A stretch of 64,000 nt of DNA from an uncultured Pseudomonadota bacterium (GTDB lineage Bacteria; Oederibacteriota; Muellerivitia; Muellerivitales; Muellerivitaceae). This document shows, one piece after another, positions 38,180 to 48,847 of this stretch. Numbering within the stretch: position 1 is the stretch's first letter; each line of letters starts with the position of its first letter. The notes beneath the pieces were generated by a model. It was not told the DNA's origin. It saw only the letters and a list, made by a program, of their open reading frames with translations, and did not search any database. The stretch is taken from NCBI GenBank assembly GCA_963843375.1, contig CAWJKT010000011.1, positions 192,001 through 256,000 on the forward strand, read 5' to 3'. The position numbers and the translations under genes were made by a program.

Positions 38180-38933
38180 TTATTGGCCGGTTAAAACCCG
38201 CGCGATCTCACGACGTAAACCATAACTCAACCGGTGGGCCCTGGAAGGCGGCCGGTAATTGGCCAGAAACTGTGGCAGGCTGTTTAAGTCCACGACACCG
38301 CGCTCATGGCTGATAACAGCGGAAGCATCGCCCTGAGGATGGGCGAAAACCACGACGCCCTGGATCCAAATTTGGGAACATTCCTGGGCCCAACGGGGAG
38401 CCAGGTTAGATTCCAAATGACTGCGCAAATGGTAAATCTGCGTCGCCACTTGTTTGAGAGGGTTGTAAAAGCCCCGTTTATAACGGGAACGGGTTTTATG
38501 GGCCCGCTTATGAAGGGTCCATTCCCGGTCTAAAGCCTCTCCGGCGATCCTGCCCCGCAGATACTTGGTCTCAATAACAAACATGGTGTTGTGGGTGATC
38601 AGCAAGTGGTCCAGTTCCCTCGGCTTTTCACCGGATTCGAACTGGACGGAATGAAGCACCCGCGCATCCATCGGTAAGTTATCCAGGACCTTGGCGACCA
38701 TGGCTTCGCCCTGAGATCCTTCGCCCACAATGCGTCCGCGATGCCTATAGACCGTAAAGGCCCAGTAACCAACCCCTAAAAAGATCGGCAGCCAGGACAA
38801 AACGCAAAGCCCAATGTTCAAAATGAATGGCCACGCCCACGGCCACGGCCACCAAAACAATCGTTATCCATTTCCAACGAGTCACCCACCGCATCGCCCG
38901 AGGCGGTTGCAGCTTTTGTAAAGTGGCGACCAT
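38180..38933 (-). CDS. Membrane-anchored NERD nuclease-related protein (apparent frameshift near 38810)
   Basis: G..GE..V, ELDHLLI, VIETK...G and NPLKQ. The N-terminal TM part lies in the frame starting at ATG 38933. Confidence 0.75.
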
Positions 38934-38937
38934 AAAT

Positions 38938-39462
38938 CTAAGCCTTTCCCAGCGACAGCTCTCGCACCTCCACAACCTCTTCCTGAAATTCGCTAATAAA
39001 TCGAGGATATTTTCGAATGAGGGACGACAGGGTTGTGCTTTCCAAGTATCGCTGAATCGAATCTAAATAGTTCTTCAACTTCGCGGCCACTTGAGGCCGC
39101 TTCAGGGCCGGACACTTCGTGTCCGCCCCCACCAGCACTTTCCGGTGATCTTCACTATGCATGATCACCGCGGGGTACATCGAACAATCCAGGGGACGGG
39201 CCTCATAAACCTGGCACGTATGATCCTCAGGATTGAAAAACGAACAGGCAAACCCATGCCCGCATTTCACGAGTTCGGCCTTGGAGGCTTGGCCCTGGGC
39301 CGCCTCCCTGAATGAACCTCTTGATTTGATGAATTCGGCCTGGCTTCTTTCCTCCGGGAAAAAGAAAGGGGAAAGGGTTGCCTGCTTTTCGGGGAAGCGG
39401 CAGCATACCGGGCATTCAAGGCAAATTTCACTGGGAATAAGTTGGGGCAACTGGGGATGCAT
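38938..39462 (-). CDS. YkgJ-family CxxCxxCC cysteine-cluster protein
   Basis: CLECPVCC...C.FF...C..YE.RP..C..YP. Confidence 0.85.
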   Translation of the reverse strand: MHPQLPQLIPSEICLECPVCCRFPEKQATLSPFFFPEERSQAEFIKSRGSFREAAQGQASKAELVKCGHGFACSFFNPEDHTCQVYEARPLDCSMYPAVIMHSEDHRKVLVGADTKCPALKRPQVAAKLKNYLDSIQRYLESTTLSSLIRKYPRFISEFQEEVVEVRELSLGKA

Positions 39463-39474
39463 GAAGTCCTTGGG

Positions 39475-39666
39475 TTAGAGGTTGTAAATACCCACGCCGA
39501 CGGTGACTAGGCCCCCAATAATCAATAAAGGGGCGAGGGTCATGGATCCGGTGGCCAAAAACATATAACCCGCGACCAGAATGCCGACTCCAGCGCCCAA
39601 GGTGATTTTGCCTTCTTTGCTCATTTTGGGTTCAACGGTTTGCGGTTTAATGATTTTTTCGACCAC
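39475..39666 (-). CDS. Small two-TM membrane protein
   Basis: GGAG RBS; two hydrophobic helices. Confidence 0.6.
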   Translation of the reverse strand: MVEKIIKPQTVEPKMSKEGKITLGAGVGILVAGYMFLATGSMTLAPLLIIGGLVTVGVGIYNL

Positions 39667-39745
39667 GAAGTTTCCTCCGATTGTGGATTGATCGTTAATT
39701 ATTGTACCAGAGGCCTTAGAAAAAGTTATAGGAAGGAATCGCCAA

Positions 39746-41026
39746 TTAAGCTGGTTTGGAGGGTCTTAGAATATCCAAACCGCCCATATAAGGGCGCAAA
39801 ACTTCCGGGATAACTATGGACCCGTCGGCTTGTTGGTAATTTTCCAGGATGGCCAACCAAGTACGGCCCACCGCTAGGCCCGATCCATTCAGGGTATGGA
39901 CCAGTTCAGGCTTACCACCCCCCTCTTTCTTGACCTTAATGCCGCCCCGGCGGGCCTGAAAATCGGTACAGTTCGAACAGCTGGATATTTCCCGGAAAGT
40001 GCCTTGACTGGGTAGCCAAACTTCCAAATCATAAGTTTTTACTGAGGAAAAACTCTTGTCGCCGGTGGCTAAGACGACTACCCGGTAAGGAAGACCCAAT
40101 TTTTTGAGGATTTCTTCGGCATCGGAAGTCAAAGCTTCCAAGGCTTCCATACTTTTGTCCGGCTCCACATATTGAAACAACTCAACCTTGTTGAACTGGT
40201 GTAGGCGAATGAGACCTTTGGTGTCCTTGCCGTAGCTTCCGGCTTCCCGGCGGTAGCAGGGAGTGAATGCCATGTACTTCTTTGGAAGGGAACCAATGGG
40301 AAAGGTCTCCCCCCGGTGGAGATTGGCCAGGGATACTTCCGAAGTTGGGATCAGATAAAAGCCGTCCTTCTCAATGGCAAAGGCTTGCTCAATGAACTTA
40401 GGAAATTGGCCGGACATCTCCATGGACTGGTAATTGACCAAGTGGGGAACCACCATTTCCTGATAGCCCTTGGCTGTGTGATGATCCAGCATGAAATTAA
40501 CCAGCGCCCGTTCGAGTTTGGCGCCCATACCCCAAAGGCTGAAGAACCGCGCCCCGGATACTTTGGCGGCTTTCTCGAAATCCAGAATTCCTAATGCCAC
40601 ACCCAATTCGTCATGGGACTTGGGCTTGAAGTCAACCTTGTAGGGTTCGCCTACCCGTCGGATTTCTTGATTAGCTTCTTCGCCGCCGATAGGCACACTC
40701 TCGTGGGGAAGATTACAAACCTGGAGTTCGATCTCGTGGAAGTCTTTTTCCACTGCCGCAATTTCCCCGTCCATTTGCTTGATCTCGTCCGAGAGCTCCT
40801 TGAGCTTTGATTGAAATGGGGTAATGTCCTTTCCCTCTTTCCTCAACATGGCCATTTCCTCGGAAGCTTGATTCAATCGAGCTTTTCGTTTGTCAACGGA
40901 AATGGTTAGGTCGCGGCGTCGGCGCTCCAAATCCAAGTAAAGGGAAAGATCCACCTTGGATTTGCAATTTTCCAAGGATTTGCGGACTTCAGGTTCGTGT
41001 TCACGGACGTATTTCGGATCAAGCAT
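39746..41026 (-). CDS. serS: Serine--tRNA ligase
   Basis: MLD...coiled coil, PTSE, RREAGSYG.DT.GLIRLHQF.KVE, EISSCSNC.DFQARR and HTLNGSGLA.GR. Confidence 0.98.
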   Translation of the reverse strand: MLDPKYVREHEPEVRKSLENCKSKVDLSLYLDLERRRRDLTISVDKRKARLNQASEEMAMLRKEGKDITPFQSKLKELSDEIKQMDGEIAAVEKDFHEIELQVCNLPHESVPIGGEEANQEIRRVGEPYKVDFKPKSHDELGVALGILDFEKAAKVSGARFFSLWGMGAKLERALVNFMLDHHTAKGYQEMVVPHLVNYQSMEMSGQFPKFIEQAFAIEKDGFYLIPTSEVSLANLHRGETFPIGSLPKKYMAFTPCYRREAGSYGKDTKGLIRLHQFNKVELFQYVEPDKSMEALEALTSDAEEILKKLGLPYRVVVLATGDKSFSSVKTYDLEVWLPSQGTFREISSCSNCTDFQARRGGIKVKKEGGGKPELVHTLNGSGLAVGRTWLAILENYQQADGSIVIPEVLRPYMGGLDILRPSKPA

Positions 41027-41105
41027 GGAATACCTCAATAAAATTTAACTACAGGAGGGAGCACAAACTAAACTTTTTTATAACTCGATATCTCGGTGGG
41101 CGATT

Positions 41106-41405
41106 TTAGAGCTTCTTAAGGACGGAGTCTACTTTGTCGATGGGGTTTTGGTTTTTGTCCTTGCGTTCGTCCAACTTAATGACGGTGTAAACCCGCTTGG
41201 CGCCTTTGGAAAAAGGGATTTTGTGCATGGCGACGGCCAGTTTTAAAAGCTGTTCGGTCTTTCCCGTTATAGTGGTACCCATGCCGTTGAGTTCGAAATG
41301 GACGCCCTTTTGTTTTTGAAGGTATTTAAAGATTTCGGCCACATAAGGGCTGACCGAGACCTTGCCCGTTCCCAGGGGTATTACACTGATTTCCATCATA
41401 GCCAT
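41106..41405 (-). CDS. MTH1187 family thiamine-binding protein
   Basis: EISVIPLGT...SVS.YVA...MGT.I.G and RV.T.IK.D.R.DK. Confidence 0.88.
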   Translation of the reverse strand: MAMMEISVIPLGTGKVSVSPYVAEIFKYLQKQKGVHFELNGMGTTITGKTEQLLKLAVAMHKIPFSKGAKRVYTVIKLDERKDKNQNPIDKVDSVLKKL

Positions 41406-41672
41406 GATCGATCTCCTTCGTTTCATGAGAAACTTTGCAATATTTCAAAAGTATATCCAAAGAGAAAGGGATTTAATAGAAGGCTCAATAATCCTTTAAA
41501 AGGTTGTCCCTGGACTTAAAGAAGGAATATACTTTTACTCTCATTTCCTCTAAGAGCATCGGGCAAGTCCGATCAAGGTGATGAGGATTATGCGGTTTTC
41601 ATTTACCGAGGGTCCCAGGGCCTAAAGAAGTAAAAACCGCGCAAGGCATCATATCCCCGTTGGGAGGTCACA

Positions 41673-42401
41673 ATGCGAACCCTGAACCCGAAATGGATTT
41701 TTTCGGCGTTGATTTTATTGGCCATGCCTCTTTGGGCCGAGGAAAGGAATGGGGGTTTGCTAACCGACGACAATTTAAAAGTCACCCAAGAACAGAAAGA
41801 AATCAAAAAAGAGCAGGATGACTCGATGAAGTTGCTCATTGAGGGAAACAAACGGCACGTAAAGCACATGGTGCACGGCAATGTTCCGCGGATCATGATC
41901 GTCAGTTGCGCCGATGCCCATGTTCCCCCGGAGGCGGTGTTTAATACAAAACCCGGGGAACTTTACACGAACCGGGCTTGGGGTAATATCGTGGACCAAG
42001 CCCTCTTGGGAAGCTTGGAGTACGGTGCCGAACAGCTCAATTGCCGGTTGCTAGTGGTGATGGGGCACTCGGATTGCACCGCCTTAAGAGAGGCTATCGC
42101 AGAATATGAGCATCCCCGTCTCGAATGGCGTTCCCTCAATCAAAAGGCCCTTTACAAGCGATTGGAACCCGGAGTGGCTGAAATGGTTGAAGCTCAAACC
42201 CAAACCGAGGCCCAAACGGGGAAAAGATTGGAAGGACAGGATCTGCTGGATGCTGTCGTGAAGAACAATGTTTTGAATACGATGCATGATATCCGGGAGC
42301 AAAGCACGATCCTGTGGCACTTGGAACAATCGGATATGCTCAAGATCGTCGGCTGCATTTATCACAAGGATACCGGTGTCGTGGAGTGGATCAAGGAATA
42401 A
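41673..42401 (+). CDS. Secreted beta-carbonic anhydrase-like protein with altered active-site motif
   Basis: Signal peptide, L..GN.R, SCADAHV.PE.VF...GE, GSLEYG and GHSDC. Confidence 0.8.
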   Translation: MRTLNPKWIFSALILLAMPLWAEERNGGLLTDDNLKVTQEQKEIKKEQDDSMKLLIEGNKRHVKHMVHGNVPRIMIVSCADAHVPPEAVFNTKPGELYTNRAWGNIVDQALLGSLEYGAEQLNCRLLVVMGHSDCTALREAIAEYEHPRLEWRSLNQKALYKRLEPGVAEMVEAQTQTEAQTGKRLEGQDLLDAVVKNNVLNTMHDIREQSTILWHLEQSDMLKIVGCIYHKDTGVVEWIKE

Positions 42402-42485
42402 CGGAAAGTTTAAATTTTTTGGGTTGAATTTTAAATCGACCAAGGGCGGCCTTAGGGCCGCCCTTGGTATTTGAGGAGACTTTCG

Positions 42486-43586
42486 TTGATCATCGGCGTT
42501 CCAAAAGAAATTAAGGATAACGAGTATCGGGCAGGGATTGTTCCGGGCGGGGTGGAAGAACTAACGGCAGCCGGGCACTTGGTCCTCATTGAAAAAGGCG
42601 CCGGGCAGGGAAGCGGAATTTCCGACGGGGAATTCAAAGACGCAGGAGCTGAAATCTTGGTCGGCAAAGAGGAACTTTTCCGCCGGGCTCAGATGATCCT
42701 TAAAGTCAAGGAACCCCAGATCACCGAATATCCCCTGATTCGCCCCGGCCAAATTCTCTTCTGCTATTTTCATTTTGCCGCTTCCCAAACATTGACAAAG
42801 GCTATCCTCAAAACCAAATCCGTAGCCATCGCTTATGAGACGATCCGATTGGCTTCGGGGGAACATCCTTTGTTGACTCCCATGAGCGAGGTCGCGGGCA
42901 AAATGGCCATCCAGGAAGGGGCGAAGTACTTAGAACGTTCCATGGGTGGCAAGGGTATTTTATTAGGCGGGGTAGCGGGTGTGAGGCCAGCCAAGGTGGT
43001 AGTCCTTGGGGGAGGCGTGGTAGGCACCAACGCTGCCAAGACCGCGGCGGGACTTGGAGCCAGAGTAACGGTGGTGGATATTAATCCCGGCCGCTTAAGG
43101 TATTTGGAGGATATCCTTCCTAAAAACGTGATCACCCTTGTTTCCAACCGCCGAGTAATACGTGAGGAAGTGAAAGATGCGGACCTTCTGGTTGGGGCGA
43201 TTTACATTGAAGGGGCGAAAGCGCCCCGGTTGGTAACGGAAGAGATGGTGAAAGGAATGAAACCGGGTTCGGTTATCGTGGATGTGGCCATTGACCAGGG
43301 AGGTTGCGTGGAAACGGCAAAACCGACCACTCACAGCCAGCCGGTTTATACGAAACATGGAGTGGTTCATTATTGCGTTACCAATATCCCTGGCGCAGTG
43401 GGGATGACCTCCACTTACGCGCTCACCAATTCCACGCTTCCCTTTGTCCTGGAAATCGCAGGAAGGGGTTATCAACAGGCTGTCAAAAATAATCCCGCCA
43501 TTCAGCATGGCCTCAACCTGGATCATGGAAAAATAGTTCATCCGGCTGTGAAGCCGCCTTCAAAAAAGCTTTTAAGACGAGGTTAA
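42486..43586 (+). CDS. ald: Alanine dehydrogenase
   Basis: IGVPKEIK..E.R, KVKEP, PMSEVAG and DVAIDQGGC.ET; GAGGAG RBS before TTG 42486. Confidence 0.95.
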   Translation: MIIGVPKEIKDNEYRAGIVPGGVEELTAAGHLVLIEKGAGQGSGISDGEFKDAGAEILVGKEELFRRAQMILKVKEPQITEYPLIRPGQILFCYFHFAASQTLTKAILKTKSVAIAYETIRLASGEHPLLTPMSEVAGKMAIQEGAKYLERSMGGKGILLGGVAGVRPAKVVVLGGGVVGTNAAKTAAGLGARVTVVDINPGRLRYLEDILPKNVITLVSNRRVIREEVKDADLLVGAIYIEGAKAPRLVTEEMVKGMKPGSVIVDVAIDQGGCVETAKPTTHSQPVYTKHGVVHYCVTNIPGAVGMTSTYALTNSTLPFVLEIAGRGYQQAVKNNPAIQHGLNLDHGKIVHPAVKPPSKKLLRRG

Positions 43587-43676
43587 ATTCTAAGTTTTAA
43601 CTAGAATCTCAAGGACATCCACTCAAAACTGCCTATCGTTTTTGCCAGCGTCAGCGTTACGATCATTCTTTTTTAT

Positions 43677-44342
43677 TTGGCCACCTTGGTTATGGCTTAC
43701 CTTCACCTATTGCCTGTGGGCCTTCATATGCTTTGGGGATGTTTTACCGCGCTTCTTATTATTTTCCTTCAGTGCCTTGTCTTTGGTTTTTTCATTAATA
43801 GCGGAAAATCTATCAAAAAGGTCGTGAAGGATAACGGTCTTAGTCCAGAATGGATCCAAAAGACAAAGGATTACAAAAACCGTTGTTACCCCATGCTAAT
43901 GCTGGCTCTATTAGTTTCCGTGACGGCGGCAATAGTGGGTGGGGGAGTGTCAGTGGGGGCGGTTCCGGTTTGGATCCATCAAGTTTTAGTTTGGGCCGCT
44001 TTGGGAATTAATATATATTCTCTTTCTATATCCTACCGGGTGGTTGTCGAGAATGTTAAAGCCATCCACAGGATTAATGAAGAAGTCCGCCTTTTAAAGA
44101 TAGACGGGTTGCCCATAGAGCCGGTTTTTGAACCGGAGGTGAAGTCGGGACCATTGCCTCCCCCTAATACGGCGGATGCGTCATCAAAATTTTATTTCTT
44201 AGCCATTACGATTTGGGTTCCGTATCTCTATATGAAATTTTCTTTAGGCAGCAGGACCTTTCCTTTTTGGCCCTTTTTGGCCTTAAGCGGTCTTTGCCTT
44301 TTGATGGCTTGGTGGGGTTCGCGTAAAAGGTTCCAGGCCTGA
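43677..44342 (+). CDS. Hypothetical multi-pass membrane protein
   Basis: Several hydrophobic helices; start uncertain. Confidence 0.6.
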   Translation: MATLVMAYLHLLPVGLHMLWGCFTALLIIFLQCLVFGFFINSGKSIKKVVKDNGLSPEWIQKTKDYKNRCYPMLMLALLVSVTAAIVGGGVSVGAVPVWIHQVLVWAALGINIYSLSISYRVVVENVKAIHRINEEVRLLKIDGLPIEPVFEPEVKSGPLPPPNTADASSKFYFLAITIWVPYLYMKFSLGSRTFPFWPFLALSGLCLLMAWWGSRKRFQA

Positions 44343-44487
44343 TTTAGAACAAGAAAATGCTTCTTATGTGGGGTAAATCGGCTAAAATGACGCCCTTGTC
44401 AAACCCGTCCTTTCTTCGTATCAAATCAGGCGGATGTTTCGTCCAAAGAAAGCCACGGCCTAATCGCAAACGAGGTCTGAAAGATTA

Positions 44488-45249
44488 ATGAAGCTTGTCC
44501 GAAACGCATCAATCCTCCCAGCCGTGATTCTATTGCTGGCCCTTTTTTTCAACTCGAATGTCCGTGCGGACAGCCCCAGCGATTACCTTCATACCCGAAC
44601 TTATTTTGGGGTCGTGCTCAACTCCGTGAGTGTTGATAATTCGGGTGAATTCAGCGGGTTAAATTATTCTCGCGTTGATAACCCGGCATATGAAGTCGAT
44701 CTGATGCCGGCGATCTCGCAGAGTTTTGGTTATGGCGTGCTTATAGGCCATCGGGAGGAGGCATGGGCGGGAGAACTTAGTTTTTGGCAGTCTAATCATA
44801 ACGCCACTTTCGGGCCCGGGTCGTTTGTTTCCCCTTCCGGTCAATCCACAACCTTCACTCAGCAATACCAAAGCACCGCCGTTTATTATTCGGTAAACAT
44901 CGACTTTAAAAGATATTTTTTTACCGAACAACAACTTCAACCGTTCCTTAACTTGGGGGTTAGCTTTCCCTGGATCGTGGTCAATAACGCGGCCATTGAT
45001 GGCTATGGGAATATCGGTAATTTAACTCTGGCGGGCCTTGGCTTTAACCTTGGAGTGGGTGCGGAATTTTATTTGACTCCCAACGTGTCCTTTGTGGGCG
45101 ATGTCTGCCAAAGATGGGCTAGCTTTGATGAGTTCAGGGGACTTCAAAGCGAATATAACCAAATAAACCAGTTTGGAAACGGGAACCCGACGAGTGATGA
45201 AGGAAGCGGATTGATTTTTGCCATAGGCACAACTTTAGGTTTCGAGTGA
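44488..45249 (+). CDS. Outer-membrane beta-barrel protein (OmpW/OmpA-like), paralogue 1
   Basis: Signal peptide, amphipathic strands (QPFLNLGVSF, GFNLGVGAEFY), C-terminal TTLGFE. Confidence 0.75.
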   Translation: MKLVRNASILPAVILLLALFFNSNVRADSPSDYLHTRTYFGVVLNSVSVDNSGEFSGLNYSRVDNPAYEVDLMPAISQSFGYGVLIGHREEAWAGELSFWQSNHNATFGPGSFVSPSGQSTTFTQQYQSTAVYYSVNIDFKRYFFTEQQLQPFLNLGVSFPWIVVNNAAIDGYGNIGNLTLAGLGFNLGVGAEFYLTPNVSFVGDVCQRWASFDEFRGLQSEYNQINQFGNGNPTSDEGSGLIFAIGTTLGFE

Positions 45250-45289
45250 TTATTTAGCCCCTGGGGGCATTTTTTTGGGGAAGGGTTGA

Positions 45290-46321
45290 ATGAAAAAGTA
45301 TTTGGTTTTATTACTTCTTTTTGTGGCGGGATTTGGCGCCTTTTGCCTCAGCCTTTCCTGTTCGCCAAAAAACCCATCCTCCCCCAATAACTTTCAAACA
45401 CCCGTGGTTGGAATTTCGGGTATTAACCCCTCTCTTACCTTTACCCCGACATTCACCTTCACTCCGACTTTCACTTTTACGTCAACTTTCACCTTTACGC
45501 CTACCACAACGCCTTACATCACCTCCACAGTTGTTCCCTGGACAGGATTGAATGCTCCAACCGGCATAGCGGTGGACAGCCTTGGTTTTGTTTACGTCGC
45601 CGATACCGGAAACAATCGGGTTGGGAAATATAATTCCAACGGTGCCTTGGTGGCCAATTGGGGAAGCGGGGGAGTCAAGGGAAAGGTTGCTGTTACTGAT
45701 CCCGTGGGTGTGGCGGTGGATAATAATTTCAATCTTTATGTGGCTGGAAATTCCACTAATGCCGTCAGTAAATACACCAGCATCGGCGGTTATGTCACCC
45801 AATATACTTCTGCAAATAGTGTCGATTTTTCGAATCTCCAGGGCGTTGCGGTTGATCAAAGCGGTAATCTTTATATTAGTGATACAGGAAATCAAAGGTT
45901 GGTGGAATTGAGTTCTGGCGGAAGTCTTGTTACAACCTTTTCGACGGTTACCAGTAGTTCCGCACCTGTTTCCATTTTCGGCATTGCCTTGGACTCCACT
46001 GGGGATATTTTTGGGGCCGCCGGCAATAATACGGTGATCGAATATACCGGGGGAACTCCGGTTCTAACCATTCCAGGTTTCTTGAATCCCACAGGCGTTG
46101 CGGTTGATTCTGTCGGCGACGTTTGGGTTGCGGACACGGGCAATAAACAAATCGAAGAATTCGGCGCTGGAAATCTTCTCCAAGTGCCACTTGTGATTTT
46201 TAATGGCGGTGGTTTATTGCAAAGCCCCAAGGGAGTTGCCGTTTATTCCGTAAATAACGCCGTCAATAATATTTATGTGACGGATTCAGTGACCAACCAG
46301 GTTTATGGGTTCACGCCCTAA
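45290..46321 (+). CDS. NHL-repeat beta-propeller lipoprotein
   Basis: Lipobox-like LSC, TFTP repeats, repeated P.G.AVD...YVADTGN. Confidence 0.85.
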   Translation: MKKYLVLLLLFVAGFGAFCLSLSCSPKNPSSPNNFQTPVVGISGINPSLTFTPTFTFTPTFTFTSTFTFTPTTTPYITSTVVPWTGLNAPTGIAVDSLGFVYVADTGNNRVGKYNSNGALVANWGSGGVKGKVAVTDPVGVAVDNNFNLYVAGNSTNAVSKYTSIGGYVTQYTSANSVDFSNLQGVAVDQSGNLYISDTGNQRLVELSSGGSLVTTFSTVTSSSAPVSIFGIALDSTGDIFGAAGNNTVIEYTGGTPVLTIPGFLNPTGVAVDSVGDVWVADTGNKQIEEFGAGNLLQVPLVIFNGGGLLQSPKGVAVYSVNNAVNNIYVTDSVTNQVYGFTP

Positions 46322-46377
46322 AGGGCTGTATTAAAGCTGATGAGGAATAAATTCCTTTTCAGCGGAGGAAAATCAGG

Positions 46378-47562
46378 ATGAAGAGCTTTTTAACCTTAAT
46401 GATTTTGATGGGAATAGCCATTCCTTGGGCTTGTTCCAAAAACAACAATCCGATCAGCCCGGTTCTAACGGCAACGCCTGTTCCGACTGCAACGAATTGG
46501 GCGAACTACACTGCCACGAATACCCCGACCTTCACCCCGACATTAACCGCAACTGCAACTAATATCACCGCCACCTTTACGCCATCCGCAACTATTACCA
46601 ACACTACAAATCCCAGCTTCACCTTTACCGTCACTTATACTTTTTCAGCCACCCCAAGCAACACCCCCACGCCTACCGGAACCCCCACGGTTTATAATGG
46701 CGCCAACAGCACAGATACCCCCGCTTATATCACAACGGGGCCTTCGGTTATCCAATATCCCAACGGCTTAGCCTCGGGTAGCAATGGAAATATCTATGTA
46801 GTTCAGGGGGATGGGACTTCAAACGGTAATGTCCAAATTTTGAACTCATCTTTGACTTCATTAGGTTCCATCAACAGTTATGGAGTTACCGATTTCGGAA
46901 ATCCTAGTGGGGTCGCAACCAATGCCGCAGGGACCACCATATATGTTGTTGATTCCGTCAATAACGCTGTTTACGAATTAACTTCCGGTGGAGCCACCGT
47001 TACTTCTTGGTCCAGTTATAATTCCACTTCATTTGCAAACCCGGAAGGGATCGCGATAGATAGCCTTGGAAACATTTATGTGGCCGATACTTACAATAAT
47101 GAGGTTGAAGAATTCACTTCATCAGGTACTCCCGAGACGGAATGGACTGGGGGTACAATGGCTTTTAGTAATCCCAGCGCCGTGGCCCTCGATGGAGCTA
47201 ATAATCTTTATGTTGCGGATTCAGCCAATCAATTGGTTCAAATATTGAACGGCGGCACTTGGACTAGTTGGTCAACAAATATCCCTGCTTTAAACTCACC
47301 GCCTGATGTTTATAGCGATGTATATGGCATAGCGGTGGCTGGGAGTGGAAGCAGCGCAAACATTTATGTAGCGGATTCCGGCTATGCCCTCGTGGAGGAA
47401 TACTCCTACGGCGGTTCGCTTGAAACGGCATGGAACGGGCAGAACAGCGATTTCATTAGTCCCGATGGAGTTATCATTCTGCCGGGTGGCAATATCCTCG
47501 TTACGGATTTCCAAGGTCCGGATCCTCCCGAAACGGGTTCATTGCAAGAATTTGGTCCCTGA
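46378..47562 (+). CDS. NHL-repeat beta-propeller lipoprotein with Thr/Pro linker
   Basis: Lipobox-like WAC, long Thr-rich linker, NHL repeats. Confidence 0.85.
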   Translation: MKSFLTLMILMGIAIPWACSKNNNPISPVLTATPVPTATNWANYTATNTPTFTPTLTATATNITATFTPSATITNTTNPSFTFTVTYTFSATPSNTPTPTGTPTVYNGANSTDTPAYITTGPSVIQYPNGLASGSNGNIYVVQGDGTSNGNVQILNSSLTSLGSINSYGVTDFGNPSGVATNAAGTTIYVVDSVNNAVYELTSGGATVTSWSSYNSTSFANPEGIAIDSLGNIYVADTYNNEVEEFTSSGTPETEWTGGTMAFSNPSAVALDGANNLYVADSANQLVQILNGGTWTSWSTNIPALNSPPDVYSDVYGIAVAGSGSSANIYVADSGYALVEEYSYGGSLETAWNGQNSDFISPDGVIILPGGNILVTDFQGPDPPETGSLQEFGP

Positions 47563-47776
47563 TCTTTCATACCATTTCCTTATCATTTCTATTTCACAAA
47601 AGACCCAAATCGGGTCAAAATCCGAATTTTTCCTTGTCCATTTCGCATAAGATTTAACCGTTTTTAAAGTTTTCTTTCTTATTCCGAAAACCTTAGGTAA
47701 AATAAGCCTAATACCAGGGCAAATCACTAATTTGACCTGCTTCCGTCAAACTTCAGATCGGGGGATGGCGCAACGA

Positions 47777-48586
47777 ATGAAATTCCATAAAACCGCCTTT
47801 TTCGCAATGCTCTTTACATCCATTTTTTTAAGCGGGTTTATCTTTAAAGCTTTTGCCGGGGGCGATGAAGATTACGTGGGTGATTTTTTTGGCGCCAAAC
47901 CTAGCGATTTCATTAAATCCCGAAGCTATATAGGATTTGTAGGAACCTCCTCCACCATTGACCAATGGGGTGATTTCAATGGTACCAATGGTTTTACTTC
48001 AATCAATACCAGTGGGAGCTCGACCACCGATTCCGAAGTTGATTTTATACCTGCCATCACCCGTAATTATGGCTGGGGCGCCTTGGTGGGGCACCGGGAG
48101 GGGCCTTGGGCGGCGGAGGTAAGCTTTTGGAGGAACGACACCAACGGGTCCTATTATAGCGGGGGAGTCACCACGACCAATCCCGCCAGCCTGCAAGCCA
48201 TCAACATTGATTTTAAGCGTTACTTTTTAACCCAGTTGCCCACTCAACCCTTTGTCAGCCTTGGAGTCAGTTTCCCCTGGCTCTGGGTCCGTAATTTTTC
48301 ATACCTAGTAAATGAAAATACTTCTCCACCCACGCTTGTAAGTGTTAACGATGAAACCATTTCGGGTATTGGCTTGAACTTGGGTGCCGGGTTAGAAATT
48401 TACTTGGACAATAATTTTTCAATAATAGGCGGGGCTTACCAAAGATGGGGATCCTTTGACCAAATCAGCGGGGCCGCCAAAGTACCTTTCGATTCACTCA
48501 CTTTTGATGGTAACACCTCCAATGTTGGGGCCTTGGAAGGGGATGGTCTCAACCTTTACGTCGGCGCAACATTGGGATATGAGTAA
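47777..48586 (+). CDS. Outer-membrane beta-barrel protein, paralogue 2
   Basis: Shares GHRE..WA.E.SFW, INIDFKRYF.T...QPF..LGVSFPW and QRW.SFD with 44488..45249; ends ATLGYE. Confidence 0.78.
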   Translation: MKFHKTAFFAMLFTSIFLSGFIFKAFAGGDEDYVGDFFGAKPSDFIKSRSYIGFVGTSSTIDQWGDFNGTNGFTSINTSGSSTTDSEVDFIPAITRNYGWGALVGHREGPWAAEVSFWRNDTNGSYYSGGVTTTNPASLQAINIDFKRYFLTQLPTQPFVSLGVSFPWLWVRNFSYLVNENTSPPTLVSVNDETISGIGLNLGAGLEIYLDNNFSIIGGAYQRWGSFDQISGAAKVPFDSLTFDGNTSNVGALEGDGLNLYVGATLGYE

Positions 48587-48847
48587 TAGCCCTTTAGATT
48601 CTTTTGAAGAAAATCTTGGGTGAATCTATTTGATCTTTGGTAATCCGGGATTTTTATCCTTCCTAGTTCAGAATTCCGGCGTTTTATTTCATTTAAAACC
48701 TAATAACCAGAAACAACTTCTCCGAAATGTGGATAAAAGTCGTTATTTAATAAGCCTATAAAGAGGATTTTGAGTAGTTTGTGAAAAAAGCGTCTAAGTG
48801 GGGTAAAATTAGTCGTGGCTAGCAGTTAAAAATCATTGAGGCGAAAA

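Noticed and set aside
45430..45510. DNA-level tandem repeat / contingency locus
   Set aside because: Codons vary between units; it is a protein-level TFTP linker.
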